A program made the translations under genes and the position numbers. DNA of 64,000 nt, taken from assembly GCA_963693365.1 (NCBI GenBank), contig CAVNZM010000004.1, forward strand, positions 1,074,448 to 1,138,447. Reading direction: 5' to 3'. The DNA comes from Amoebidium appalachense. Taxonomy: Eukaryota; Protista; Ichthyosporea. Under the pieces are notes generated by a model. The model saw only the letters and a program-made list of their open reading frames with translations, was not told the origin of the DNA and made no database searches. Below, piece after piece: positions 1 to 27,829 of the stretch (positions within the stretch are counted from its first letter, which is position 1; each line of letters starts with the position of its first letter).

Positions 1-34
1 TCGTGTCTGTTCATAGTAGGCCAATCGAATTTAC

Positions 35-402
35 CTGTTCCCATCGCCGGCATTACATGTCTGGTCTCCAGCGGAATGTGAATCCCTCCCCGCAGGGAGG
101 GGAGCCACACAGCTGACGGGTCTCAGTCAGTGATGTGTGTGTGGAGGGGGTGGGGGTAGGGGGCGGCAGGGGGGAAGGGGGGAGGGGGGAAGGGGGGAGG
201 GGGGGAGGGGGGGAGGGGGGGGGGGGGGGCCGGGGGAAGGGGGGAGGGAGGGGGAGGGGGGAGGGGAATGCGCAGCCCATGTTTTATCATACAACAGGAG
301 AAGCTTTACGTTACTCAGCCTGTAGATCGTTAAGACCGGACAGTAGAGTGAAATAAAATCCTACCTTCACACCATTGTGACTCTGCCGGCACCTACGTAT
401 AT

Positions 403-439
<37 letters not shown>

Positions 440-619
440 CGCCCGCCTTTCGATCCCGTCATTACCCCGCGGAGCCATACGAACTCCCCCGACAAACATG
501 GGTTCAGTTCGTGTCTTCCGCCTGTACCCTAAGTATTGGGGTTTCCATTCTTGTAACGTTTTGTAGTTTGTCCTTTGGCATCTCCTCCATATCCTTTGAA
601 CCCTCTAACACATGCAGGG

Positions 620-661
<42 letters not shown>

Positions 662-900
662 CGGCCCATCCCCACCTTCGCATCCAGATTCCAGAACACG
701 TTAATCGGTTGGCTGAAATTCATTGAAGGTGGGGGTGGGGGTTCAAGGACTAATCAATCTCATATGCATGAAGACATCATCTACATTTATTTGTACTGAG
801 CTGAGTTTATTTAACGAGGTATAGATTTAAGTACCAGGGACCCTGTTTTCAACGCAACCTGGAAGATCGAGAAGAGCAAGCAATTTCCAAGTACTCACGA
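35..900 (-). other. Possible 5' part of a multi-micro-exon gene continuing off the left edge
   Basis: Short non-repetitive segments bounded by AG/GT-like signals on the minus strand (~35-111, 365-392, 474-521, 662-712, 835-858), separated by poly-G/C tracts. No frame or product could be fixed. Confidence 0.2.
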
Positions 901-1371
901 CCGATTCAAAACCCCCTAGTTTAGGCAGATACTATAGATGACCATGCCATAACGGGTAGGCTCCCACGGTGGATACAACGAGTGGGCCTGTGGGGGTTTA
1001 TGTAACATCCATACAACGGCAAGGTCATTTGAATGACATTAACAGCACACCGGGTGGCTATCTATTATGTTCGAAATAAGAGAATGTATCTAGCCGACAC
1101 CTAATTACAGAAGTTGGAATTAAGAAGAGACTGTACATGTGCGCATGCATACCCTTAAAAAGCCGTCCACACAATCACACGATGCATAGCCTATGCAGAT
1201 AAAAAAACACGTACATCGACTTAGTCATTGACTGCCACAAAAGACTCTAGATCTAGCATCCAATCACAACTGCATTATAGCAACCGGTACCAGCCATTCA
1301 ATTAAGTGCCTTGCAAGAGCTTTCCAGACAAGTAACACACTGCCATGACTCATCCCCCCCCCCCCCCCCCC

Positions 1372-1470
1372 TTCCCCCCCGTTTTCAACAAAAAAAAAAG
1401 ATGTATTAAGCAAAACCCCCCCCCCCCCCGCCCCGTTTTCAACAAAAAAAAAAGATGTATTAAGCAAACC
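1372..1470. repeat. Two-copy ~55 bp tandem duplication
   Basis: ccccgttttcaacaaaaaaaaaagatgtattaagcaaa occurs twice, separated by a C-run. Confidence 0.9.
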
Positions 1471-1474
1471 CCCC

Positions 1475-1505
<31 letters not shown>

Positions 1506-1922
1506 AAAAAAAAAGAAGGGCAAAAAAAAAAAAAATATCCACACATCACCACAATGCACCACCACCGAAGAAAGAAAAATAAAAGGAAAGGAAAGAAACA
1601 GGCCCCTGGGTAACTAGCATAAGGAAGACAAAGTGCGGCCAACCTTAAGCTACAACCCCAACATGAATACCTTCATATGATCCGTAAATTGCCACCCCTA
1701 TGCCCCCATCCACCCCTTCCGCCTTTTACCAATAGCACACGATTTGGTACCAGCGCAAGTCTAAACCATTCAAAAAACTGTTCTAGGGCTTACCACCCAC
1801 CACCCAACCGATAATTTACCCACCTACCCAACAACAGAATACATTTGTCACACACACACTCTCACCATGCCAACTCCACAACACCTTCAATTCTGTTTTT
1901 CATCGATAGCCAAACCACACAC

Positions 1923-10800
<8,878 letters not shown>

Positions 10801-12088
10801 AGTGAAGTTGAAGCTTGGTGCCAAAAAGGCGTGACCTTACAAGCCTCCTACGCCAGGAAGCTGCACCCCATTCTCCGCACGCGTGCTAGCTGCCAACCAA
10901 ATACTACGTAAACAACCCAGAAATCTTTTTCTCTCTATGCGTTTCTGCTTCCGATGTTGTGTTTCAGTAGGAGGGTTGTGTTTCTGAGCTCCTTGCCAAG
11001 ATGTGCAAACGTGAAACCATTTTTTGGAAATTCCTCCTTGATGTCACGATGACGAAGCAGGGTAGGGATTACGAAAAAAAATCGTCGTAATTACGATTAA
11101 CGAGAGACCCCGATACGAATAAGGTCAAGGTACCGTCGTAACAGCTTTCATATCTGGTGTGTAGCATTATAAACGCTTGAATATGTAATTTTCCCTCTTT
11201 TTTCAATATTTCTGTTCAAGAACAGCACATTCCCCCCCAAGAACAATTCTACAGCGCTTCTCATGTGCAATATCGAGCCCCGATAAGTTTCCCGGGCTTG
11301 TAATCTTGGGGTACTCAATTTGTAAAAACACGTATTTTGAGTTCTGCGACTGGAGGGGCGTTTTATGCGGGGCTTGCAGCTCCCCAAAAACCCACCCCGT
11401 TACGATTGGCCAAAGGGCGATACGGTTAAGCTGGCGAACCCCAGCCCAACCCTGTGACGAAGCGGCATACGATTGGCGAGCCTTGTGAGAAATTATTTGA
11501 TATGGAAATCAGATTTACAAATATGGCTATCTCTGACAAACTTCTGTATGCTCTAAGTCTCGTTAATTGGTTGAAGTGCTGCTAAAAGGATGAGAAGCGT
11601 GCCAACTTGTGATTGGCTAAAAACAATTACGGCGATCCAGCAGTTGTAGTCTCACTCTCAGATCACTGTACATGTAGCTTACTGTAACAAACAATCAGAG
11701 AAATTAAATTCAACGTGTTTATTTAAATTTATATATTACAATATAATAGCATATATCTAAAAAGCAAAGATATAAAAAAATATGCATTGCATGGGTCACT
11801 GCCATTCTAATCAAAAGGCTCGAGGACAGAGATGATTGTCTTGCAGTCATGCTAGAAGTATGTGCTTACAGTTCTGAAGCCGGTGAAAGCAAAAACAGCA
11901 GAACACGGCCTGCAGCTGTGTGTGTGTGTGCCCTGTGAAGGTGAATCCGCGGGCCTGCCAGGTGGCAGCATGCTTGGCCGCCGGCCTTTCACTCATGGCT
12001 GTGCACCTGTCAGGGCAAAAAAACTGCCCCTGGGCGCTTGCTCCAAACCACAGCTGCTTGTAGCGTCATCCCGTCTGTGCCTGCCGCC

Positions 12089-13420
12089 ATGGTGCCAGTA
12101 AAAGGCTCGACTAAGGGTCTGCTTCAGCCGCTGCGCCTGACAGCAGACCATGCCATCATCATGTCGGCTGCAATTGGCTGTCAGGACTGTTCGGGCTACC
12201 TGGGCAGCAAAGAGGCCAGTCAGCTGCCGTTTCCCAGCAGGGTCAAGTTCTTTGTGCACCGTGCGTCAACCAACCGTCTGCAGGAGGGAGAGCATCGGCG
12301 CCGTGGGTGAGTATTGTTGATGCTTTTGTTTGTGTCGTGATGCTGTGCGTGTTGAACTTGTGCATGTGCCGGGTCAATGGGAGGGGGCTAGTATGGACAA
12401 CGGTGAATAAATGATTTTATCTTTTTCATGATGTGCGCTTAAGGGCTGAAAAGATCAACCGCACCTATGCTCTATCGGGCGCTTCAAACACTCGCTTTGT
12501 AACATCTGATCATGACTATGTGCACATCACATCACACTTGGCATGTATGATGTTTTTTCAATATGTGCGATCATTCCGTTTTACAACCATACTTTATCAG
12601 CTTGCTTTCTAACGAGAATTTTGCGGTACATAGTGACGCCGAAAAAAACCGACAAGGCTCGCAACAAGCACGCGACCGCAAGGGAGAAGAGAAGAACCGA
12701 GACATGGAAACCATCCTGTGTGCATGGCACCTGCTTTGTGCGCATTCCGTCATCTTGCCTGAGCAACGCAGCAAGGAACTAACCGAAGACTGGACCCGCA
12801 TCCTTCGGGACAAGGTGCAAGACCGAAACCTCATGGAGCTCCTAGACGGCCAACACAGCTTTCAACTGTCCCCGCTCTTATATCGACCCCTTCCAGTGTC
12901 AACACCAACAACCTCCTTTGTCGCAACGAAAGACCAGAGCCCAAGTGTGCCCCACACCCCCATTTTTGCGCCCTCTACCCCCACGCCGAACATGGCCGAG
13001 TACTCAGTATTTCTTTTTGCGAATTCACTCGCTAGCGCGACCCTTGCCTCCCCACATGTCGACCAAGTGAACTCGCCGCTCCCACATCTTCACCGAGAAA
13101 TGTTCTGTAATTTTGGCATGTTGAGTCAAGCTTCTTCAACTCCGATCCTGGACAGTGAGATGGTTTCTGACCACCCCTACAACACAAGCGACACCGGCGA
13201 CATCACTGTTATTGGTAATGGTTGCCACGACTTTGCGGACCATGGCGAGTGTTTCACACAGACAAGCGGCGACGTCGACAACCTTCTTTCCAGTCCGGTT
13301 GGTACGACTGACATAGATTCGGACATTGAGGCGGCTCTGAGTGAGTGGTTCAAGTCGGCCCCCCTTCCTGCGGCGGTGGAGAGAGTTTTTGGCGCAGTCA
13401 GGCCGGCCGCTGCAACATGA
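12089..13420 (+). CDS. Two-exon putative transcription factor with a bZIP-like basic region
   Basis: GCCGCCATGG start at 12089. The donor GG|gtgagt at 12306 and acceptor tatcag|C at 12601 match in phase. EKNRQGSQQARDRK fits the N-x7-R basic motif, followed by a Ser/Thr/Pro-rich middle and an acidic C-terminus. Confidence 0.6.
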
Positions 13421-13677
13421 CGCAACGGCATAATAGGTCTGATAGCCCCAAGGTTCCGCTATCTCAAAGAAAAAAAGACGATGAGCAAGAGTGCTGATAG
13501 ATAGGAACACACACACACACGTACACACACACGTACCAAAATGCCGCACCCACATCCACACCACAGACGCGCACACACGTCTGCAGGTGCCAAGTCACTC
13601 TTTCTCGGCTTTTTCAAGTTGTTTTCCTGTTGTAGACCTCAGTGCTTTCATAGCGCAGGTTGCTCGGCTCATTGCAA

Positions 13678-13800
13678 TTTCCTATTGGTTTACCGGTGCG
13701 AAGAAGCATCGTCCCCACCAGCTCTACCCGCCCTTCTGGACTGGGTGGGTAAAGCGGGTGAGGACGATGCTCCTTCGCACCGGTAGGAACCAGTAGGGAA
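13678..13800. other. ~55 bp imperfect fold-back hairpin (pre-miRNA-like or MITE remnant)
   Basis: taccggtgcgaag/cttcgcaccggta, agcatcgtcc/ggacgatgct and tacccgccc/gggtgggta pair around a 9-nt loop; pairing extends outward past a 2-nt bulge. Confidence 0.85.
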
Positions 13801-14259
13801 CAGCCATGGGTATGGAACAAGCATTTGTTCGTCAGCAACAAGCCAACCGCACACGGACACGGTAGGAATCACTCACACGGTGTGCTTGTGCTGGTGTGCT
13901 TGTTACACGACATGTGTTGTTTCTACGTCAGTCGACGTCTGTAGAGTATACATGTACAGTTCGCTGTGTTTCTTTGCAGTTCGAATATGGATGAGTAGTG
14001 TTTGAGATGGTGCACAAATTTTTGGGTGCAGAGCCCTGATGCGTTCTGGTTGAGCCACCGAAATACTTTCACGTTACTGTCGCTTGAATACGGGAAGCTC
14101 AGTCACCCGACTAAGTTGTTTTTGCACATATTGCACATACATACAGTTAGCTTGTCCCTTTATCTTACCATTTTCTGTCTGATGCATGCCGAGGATGATT
14201 ATGTTAAGCACATGGGTTGTTCAGAACTTAATGAACTCGTTTGACAAATATATAGAACT

Positions 14260-14306
<47 letters not shown>

Positions 14307-15566
14307 AAAAAAAGAACAAAAAAACACATACGGCGTGGTTCCCGTGTGAATATTTCATGCATGTGCCAGAGTTTGTGTTGTATTTGGGTATGCTGTGTGT
14401 GTCACCTCCCTCATTTTCCCTGGCGCGAAGTTCAAACAACCCCACCCCCCCTCCCCCCCTCTTACATTCCCTATGGCAACTGTGTGTGCCTCAGGCTATA
14501 GTGCCTGTTTGTTAGTGACTGGTGGGTGGGTTTGAATGTTGGTGAACGCGTCACGTGTGGGTATACCTGTGTATGTTGGGAGGATGGGGAAGGTGGGGAT
14601 GACAGAGCCTAAAGAGTCAGTGGGCGCGTGCGCGAGTGCTTGTGGCCGCGGACTGTTCGTTCGTGCCTGTGCGTTTGCGTTTATGCGTATGTGCGTGTGT
14701 AACGGCAATGTTGTGCCTGTAGTATACACGTAGCATGCCCACCCCGTAATTGTTTGGTGCCGACTACAAGCTTGCCCTAACTCATGCGGTGTACCAGGTA
14801 AACTGAGAACAATGTTGCTAAGAAACATAGGATGCCTAGGACTTGAATATGTGTTTCGTCGTAAGCCTTGATATTGAAGCACGGTTCAAAACCTTCACCG
14901 CGACATGGCCCAGCGGCGCGGCAAGCTTGCGAGCTGTGACGTCACAGACGGCGAACTTCGTGACATCATTGGCTTATACTTGGATGGGTAACTTGTCTAT
15001 GTGTTTTGTGCACTGAAAACGACAGTAGAAAAGTGTAAATCAAACGTTCTGCTTCCCATCATACACGACACTATGTCTGACAACTTACAGTTGCAGCAAC
15101 TAGTCCAACTACTGGAGCAGAGGTTGGCCTCACAAGATGCAATCATTTCTGACTTACAGAAGGAACAACGTGCACTAGAACTAGCTTCTATGAACACAAT
15201 GTCCAACAGGGTTATGGGGCAGCTAACATAGATAACAGAGTGAGCTTTGATTAGATGATAACTAATGTGCTTTAAAATCAGCTCAAAGTTAACTTAGAGC
15301 AGGTTTAGTTGGTTTACAGTTTATAAATCACAATTACGACACACCGTCATGGATCATGGACCATCTGTCTCTTGAATCATACAATAGCATATTGTTCACA
15401 ACTCTCGACAGTGACGCGTACGCGTGCATTCGAAAAAGCAGACTTGTTCTCTCTCTCATTACAAAAAATCTTTAGAAGCTTTTATTTCGGAACACGGCGC
15501 AGCAGCGCTCTAATGTTAGCACACACTTGTTGTCCCGCACACAAAAACTAATATATATGAACTAGA

Positions 15567-16448
15567 ATGGCACCAACTTCAAACAAGCCAAAGGGGCCCC
15601 AAGGCCCCTCGAAGAAAGTTATCTGGACTACACTGGGCCTAGCAATAGCCCTGTCTGTTGCGCTAATCGCAGCAGCCATCGGTGTGTGGGTGGGACTTGA
15701 GGTGGAACAAAAACCACCCCCACCACTTGAGCAAATGTTGATGGACCTTTCTAAGAATTTGGGGTTGGTAGAAAAGGTACCTGACATTGCAGAGGCCATG
15801 CTGACGCCTGCTTTTGCCGCGCAACTGGCAGCATCCTTCGCAAAAAACATGCCGCTGGAGACGTTGGACAAAACACTACACGCCACAGTTAAGTTTGCAG
15901 CACGATTCGTGTACGAAGTGCTTAAGCAGATGCCTCAAGAAAACGCGAAAGCGGTTGGCTCATCTCTTGGCAAGGTCATTATGGAATCTATTAACAATTC
16001 GACCAAGAAGGAGATATCCACTGTTATTGAGGATTTAATACCCCCCATCAACGCCACACTTCAAGGGCTGAACGAGGGTTTGCTCTACAACCAGACAGAC
16101 CACTTGGCACCACTCCAGAAAACGGCCGACGGTATAACCATGTTCTTGCAGAATGTGATGACCAAGCCCAACTTTGTCTCCGACTATGCGTATCTGACCA
16201 CACAGGTGTTGGACCCTGGTATGCGCTTTGTTATGCCCATCATAGCGACAGTAACAGAGGCAAATATATTCGAGAAAGTGATGGAACCTGTGGATAAAGG
16301 AATTCACCTTACGCCGGCCATTCTCCGGCCCGACTGGGGTGTGGCTAGATCCAAGAGCTACTGGACGTATGCTTGGATGACCTCAAAGAAGTTCACAGAC
16401 TGGTGGTATGATACTCTGATGAATGATGTGAACACGTGGAAGGAATAG
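15567..16448 (+). CDS. Intronless 293 aa single-pass (type II) membrane protein of unknown function
   Basis: Clean, non-repetitive ORF with a basic N-terminus, a hydrophobic segment VIWTTLGLAIALSVALIAAAIGVWVGL and a Trp/Tyr-rich C-terminus. Confidence 0.8.
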   Translation: MAPTSNKPKGPQGPSKKVIWTTLGLAIALSVALIAAAIGVWVGLEVEQKPPPPLEQMLMDLSKNLGLVEKVPDIAEAMLTPAFAAQLAASFAKNMPLETLDKTLHATVKFAARFVYEVLKQMPQENAKAVGSSLGKVIMESINNSTKKEISTVIEDLIPPINATLQGLNEGLLYNQTDHLAPLQKTADGITMFLQNVMTKPNFVSDYAYLTTQVLDPGMRFVMPIIATVTEANIFEKVMEPVDKGIHLTPAILRPDWGVARSKSYWTYAWMTSKKFTDWWYDTLMNDVNTWKE

Positions 16449-17951
16449 ACCAGACTCTAGGCTCCCATTATTCTATTGCCTTTTGAGTTTCTCGTTTCTT
16501 TCACTTTCCCTTGTGCTGTGGGTGAGTGTGGGTGATGATTTTGTGGTGGATATTTTGCGAATGTCAACAACCTAGGTGGGATGTTTAGTGGGAGTTAGTT
16601 TACGCTTCTGCCATGCTGGTCACGGCTGTTTAGCCTACACGAAGGACTTGAGCGATCAGCGGTTGTGCTTAATAGCTGTGGTGAACAGCCTTGTCCATAG
16701 GATTAGTACCCACGTCTGTCAGTATTGAAAGGTATATTTTGTCCGTCTTCATCGTGTAATGGTCACCGGTTTTTTTTTTGTAACCAACCAAGATATTCGT
16801 ACCTTGTAAAGATCCCTCCCCATCTTACCTTTTGGCCACCTTCACCACTCAGGCTCACCCCTCCTCCCTCCCCCTCCCCCCCTCACAAAACCCTCTGCGT
16901 TCCACACCCCCCCCCCCCCCTCCTCCCCCCTGCAGTCTCTCTCGAGCTCCCCTGCCCAATTCCCCCCTCCCCCCCCCTTTCCCCCCCAAACATACACCTG
17001 TACACAAATTTATACATGCACCTACCCCCCCCCCCCCCCCCCCCCCCCCGCCAGCCCCGCCCATCTGCTTTCTCCTCTATAACCCCCTCCCCGCTACATG
17101 ATTTATGTGATACGTGGCCAGTATTACAAACCACACACCCGACAGCCCCCCGGCCAGGTTCTAATGTTTGCCCGCAACCGTGATGACGCACCCATCTCAG
17201 TGGCACCTTATTCTAGCTCCTGGCCGGCTTCCCAATAATGCATTGTTTCTCCACACATATATATGCTGCAACATTACCCATATATTTACCGAACAAGTAG
17301 GAAGTTCAACGAAACAACAAGCAAACCGTTCTTGTTGTAGTAATGCTCGTCGTCGAGTTCTCCCGGCCCTGTTCTGGGATGGTGCTCATATTGTTGATAG
17401 TTGTGACGTAATTCATGTAAACTTATTACCGAAACACTTCAAAGAAAGACAAGGATGGGTATGTATGTACAGACTAATAACTCAGAAAAGGAAAACTTGG
17501 AAACGAAAGCGTCACACTCATCTGTAGGCCGTAAGTGGTACAGCAGCTGCAGCTTTAAAATAGTGGCGGAAGCTTGCAAGCGTTAAGCTAACAAAAAGAA
17601 GTTACAATAGGTCACAAAGCTCGTGATTAGGCAGTGTAATCATAGCACCGTTGCCTTTCGTAACCGGAGCTAACAGGGTTGTGTCGGTTGCTTGGTTAGA
17701 TCCAAGCCAACCAGAAGGGAGAGAGTATTCCAAGAGCCTTTGCAAGACTGGGCCCAAGCCTTTGGAAAAAGACGACTCGAGACGGTTTCTCAGTGTGCCC
17801 TTTGGGTAGTGCTTGGGCACACGACCTCTGCATGTGTACAAGGGCTCTTATGCATTGGAACTTGTGTACACATCGCTTGAGATCCTGTCTTTACCCTTAT
17901 GAGATCGTGTCTCTACCTAAGAGATTCTGCCTCTACCCATAATTCGCTCAG

Positions 17952-25384
<7,433 letters not shown>

Positions 25385-27225
25385 TAGGTAATGCATCTTT
25401 AAGGTGCATATCCTTGGGCAGATAGGAAGTAGGCATCCTCATATGGCAGACGATATTGCATAATTTAAAGTAGCATGTTGAGTTAAACTTTTGAGGTAAT
25501 TACTGCATATAATTGCACTCTGCTGTGAACCCGATGGTGTGATTTACATCAGAGAGATTCATGTTAAGTCCCTTGGTGTTTAAATTTCTGCAGAGCGATG
25601 CGATCCCACATGAGCAACACTCTAGTTGGTGGGTATACGTAGGAGATTCTTACATGGACTTGTGTACGCATGCTTGTTTACATCATGCGTGTTCAAATCA
25701 TGCACTTGTGTACGCATGCATTCTTACATGCGCATGTGTTAACATCTTGCATGCCCTTTGTCTACCCTTGCACACTTTGAGCACATTCACTTACGTACGT
25801 GACCGTGTACTTGTGTTATCACGTATACTTTCACGCTTTTGCACGGGTCCGGATCCACACATGGGGGCGTGCGTGCACACAAAACACATTATTTTTATAA
25901 AACTCACAAAAAAAAAGTAGGAATATTGACACAAAGGGACTCAGACAAGAGCAAATGTTCATGCACCCATAGTATTGCACACTTTGAAACCTCACACGTA
26001 CATTCCATTTTTTTAAGCTGTTATGAGCTGCTGTAACGTCGAGAGAGAGAGTTGTTTTTAGCGCATGTAAATAAGATGATTATGATGAATATTTTAGTGG
26101 TATACGCCACCCAGTAAAGTATCGAAGTTTCCACGTGCATGGCCCGTTAAGTTCTGATACACGTGCACCTGTACATGAGCATGGTTTAAGAATTTAAATG
26201 ATATCACGGTATGATGTATTTACGTGATCAATTAGCTCAGTTCCCCCCGGACCCTCCCCCCTCCCCCCTGCCCATTCTGACGCGTCCTTCCCTTTCATGC
26301 CACCGTCCACTCTTGCACTCCTAAAGGAATTCGGCACCGATATCGCTACACGAGATTACACAGGAAATTTAAGCGTGTACTCGTGGTAATATGAGTGCAT
26401 GTGCACGCATATACTATGCATGGGCCCGGACGCGCATGCAATCCATATACTTGTATATCGACATGTATGGCAATGATGTGTTCACCACTAGGAGCTAGCG
26501 CACGTGCAGGCGAGTGCACGTGTGTGCACGTATACACAGTCACGTGCACTGCATGTTGCATGGCGCCTGTGCAAAGTGTATGTGCTCAGATCGAGTTATT
26601 GCGGTAATGGAACGGATCGGTGGAGGTAAACACGGTGCACGTGCCCGTGGTGGTCGAAGTTAACGTTGTGTGCTTGCACTGTATTCCTTTTTTTTATTTA
26701 TAAATCTATTATGCCTCTTAAATCCCCCCCCCCCTATTATGCCTCTTTTTTTAAAAATAAAAAATAGAAAAAACGAAAACCCTTTTCTTTTTTGTGCCAC
26801 TGCGTCCCGTCAAATTTCTATATTTGGCTAATCAGTGCGATCAAGCGCAAGTTACTGGTCCCCACAATTTTGTACCGTCTTTGAATTACATGCAGGTACA
26901 CCATGTGCCGGTAGTGGTGATGTTTCGGTGAGCTGGTGTACACGTATGTGGATGGCTGGATGTACAACGCAGAAAGGGGTGTACATATGTGTGTGTGTGT
27001 GTGTGTGTTTGTGGGGCAGGGGCCGGGGGGGGGGGGGGGGGGGGGGGGGGGGCTTGCGTTACATTTGTCTGTGGGATGAGAAGTGGTAGTGATTGCCAAT
27101 GCCCATCTGTGCATGGGTTTGTTAGAGGTTGTTGAGATCTGGGGGACTAATATGGGTGGGTGGATAGGTGTTCTCGGGAACCACGAGCTGGGCCACCGGG
27201 AGTTGTGGGGGGGGGGGGGGGGGGG

Positions 27226-27256
<31 letters not shown>

Positions 27257-27699
27257 AGGGGGGCATGCACGCATGCACGCACGCAAGCATGCATGCACGC
27301 ACACACACACGCACGCACCCGCACGCGCGGGGGGAGAGGGGAACAACTCGAAGGGGCATTTTCGATCAAAGAGAGCATTCACTCACGGATTACCATGATG
27401 TACAACATGCACATATTTCCCGGCATGATATTTTTGACACGCTCAACAATCTCACAAGTGGCTAGAAAAAATATGAAGTAGGTACATAATTCATCCAACT
27501 ATGCAGTTCTGTTACAAAAAATTTTCCAAATTCAAGAAAGTATCATACATCATACACAAACAGATTTACACTCACCAATAATATTCGACGGAACATGCAG
27601 CCTTGGTCTATGTTTCGATTTTTTACAAATATGTACACAGGGAACGATTTCCATTCGCCCGTCCTCTGCATCAACAACTACGCCGATACGACCCCCTTA

Positions 27700-27752
<53 letters not shown>

Positions 27753-27829
27753 AGACACCCTCCCCCCTCCCCCCCCCCCTCCCCCCCCGGCCCAAATTAA
27801 AGTAGAAAAACTAAACTATGTAACTTTAT

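Noticed and set aside
14905-15231. MAQRRGK.. segment in frame with a short coiled-coil ORF (MSDNLQLQQLVQLLEQRL..)
   Set aside because: An in-frame TAA at 14989 is not removed in phase by the obvious GT-AG pairs. It is too short to call, though a small gene is not excluded.
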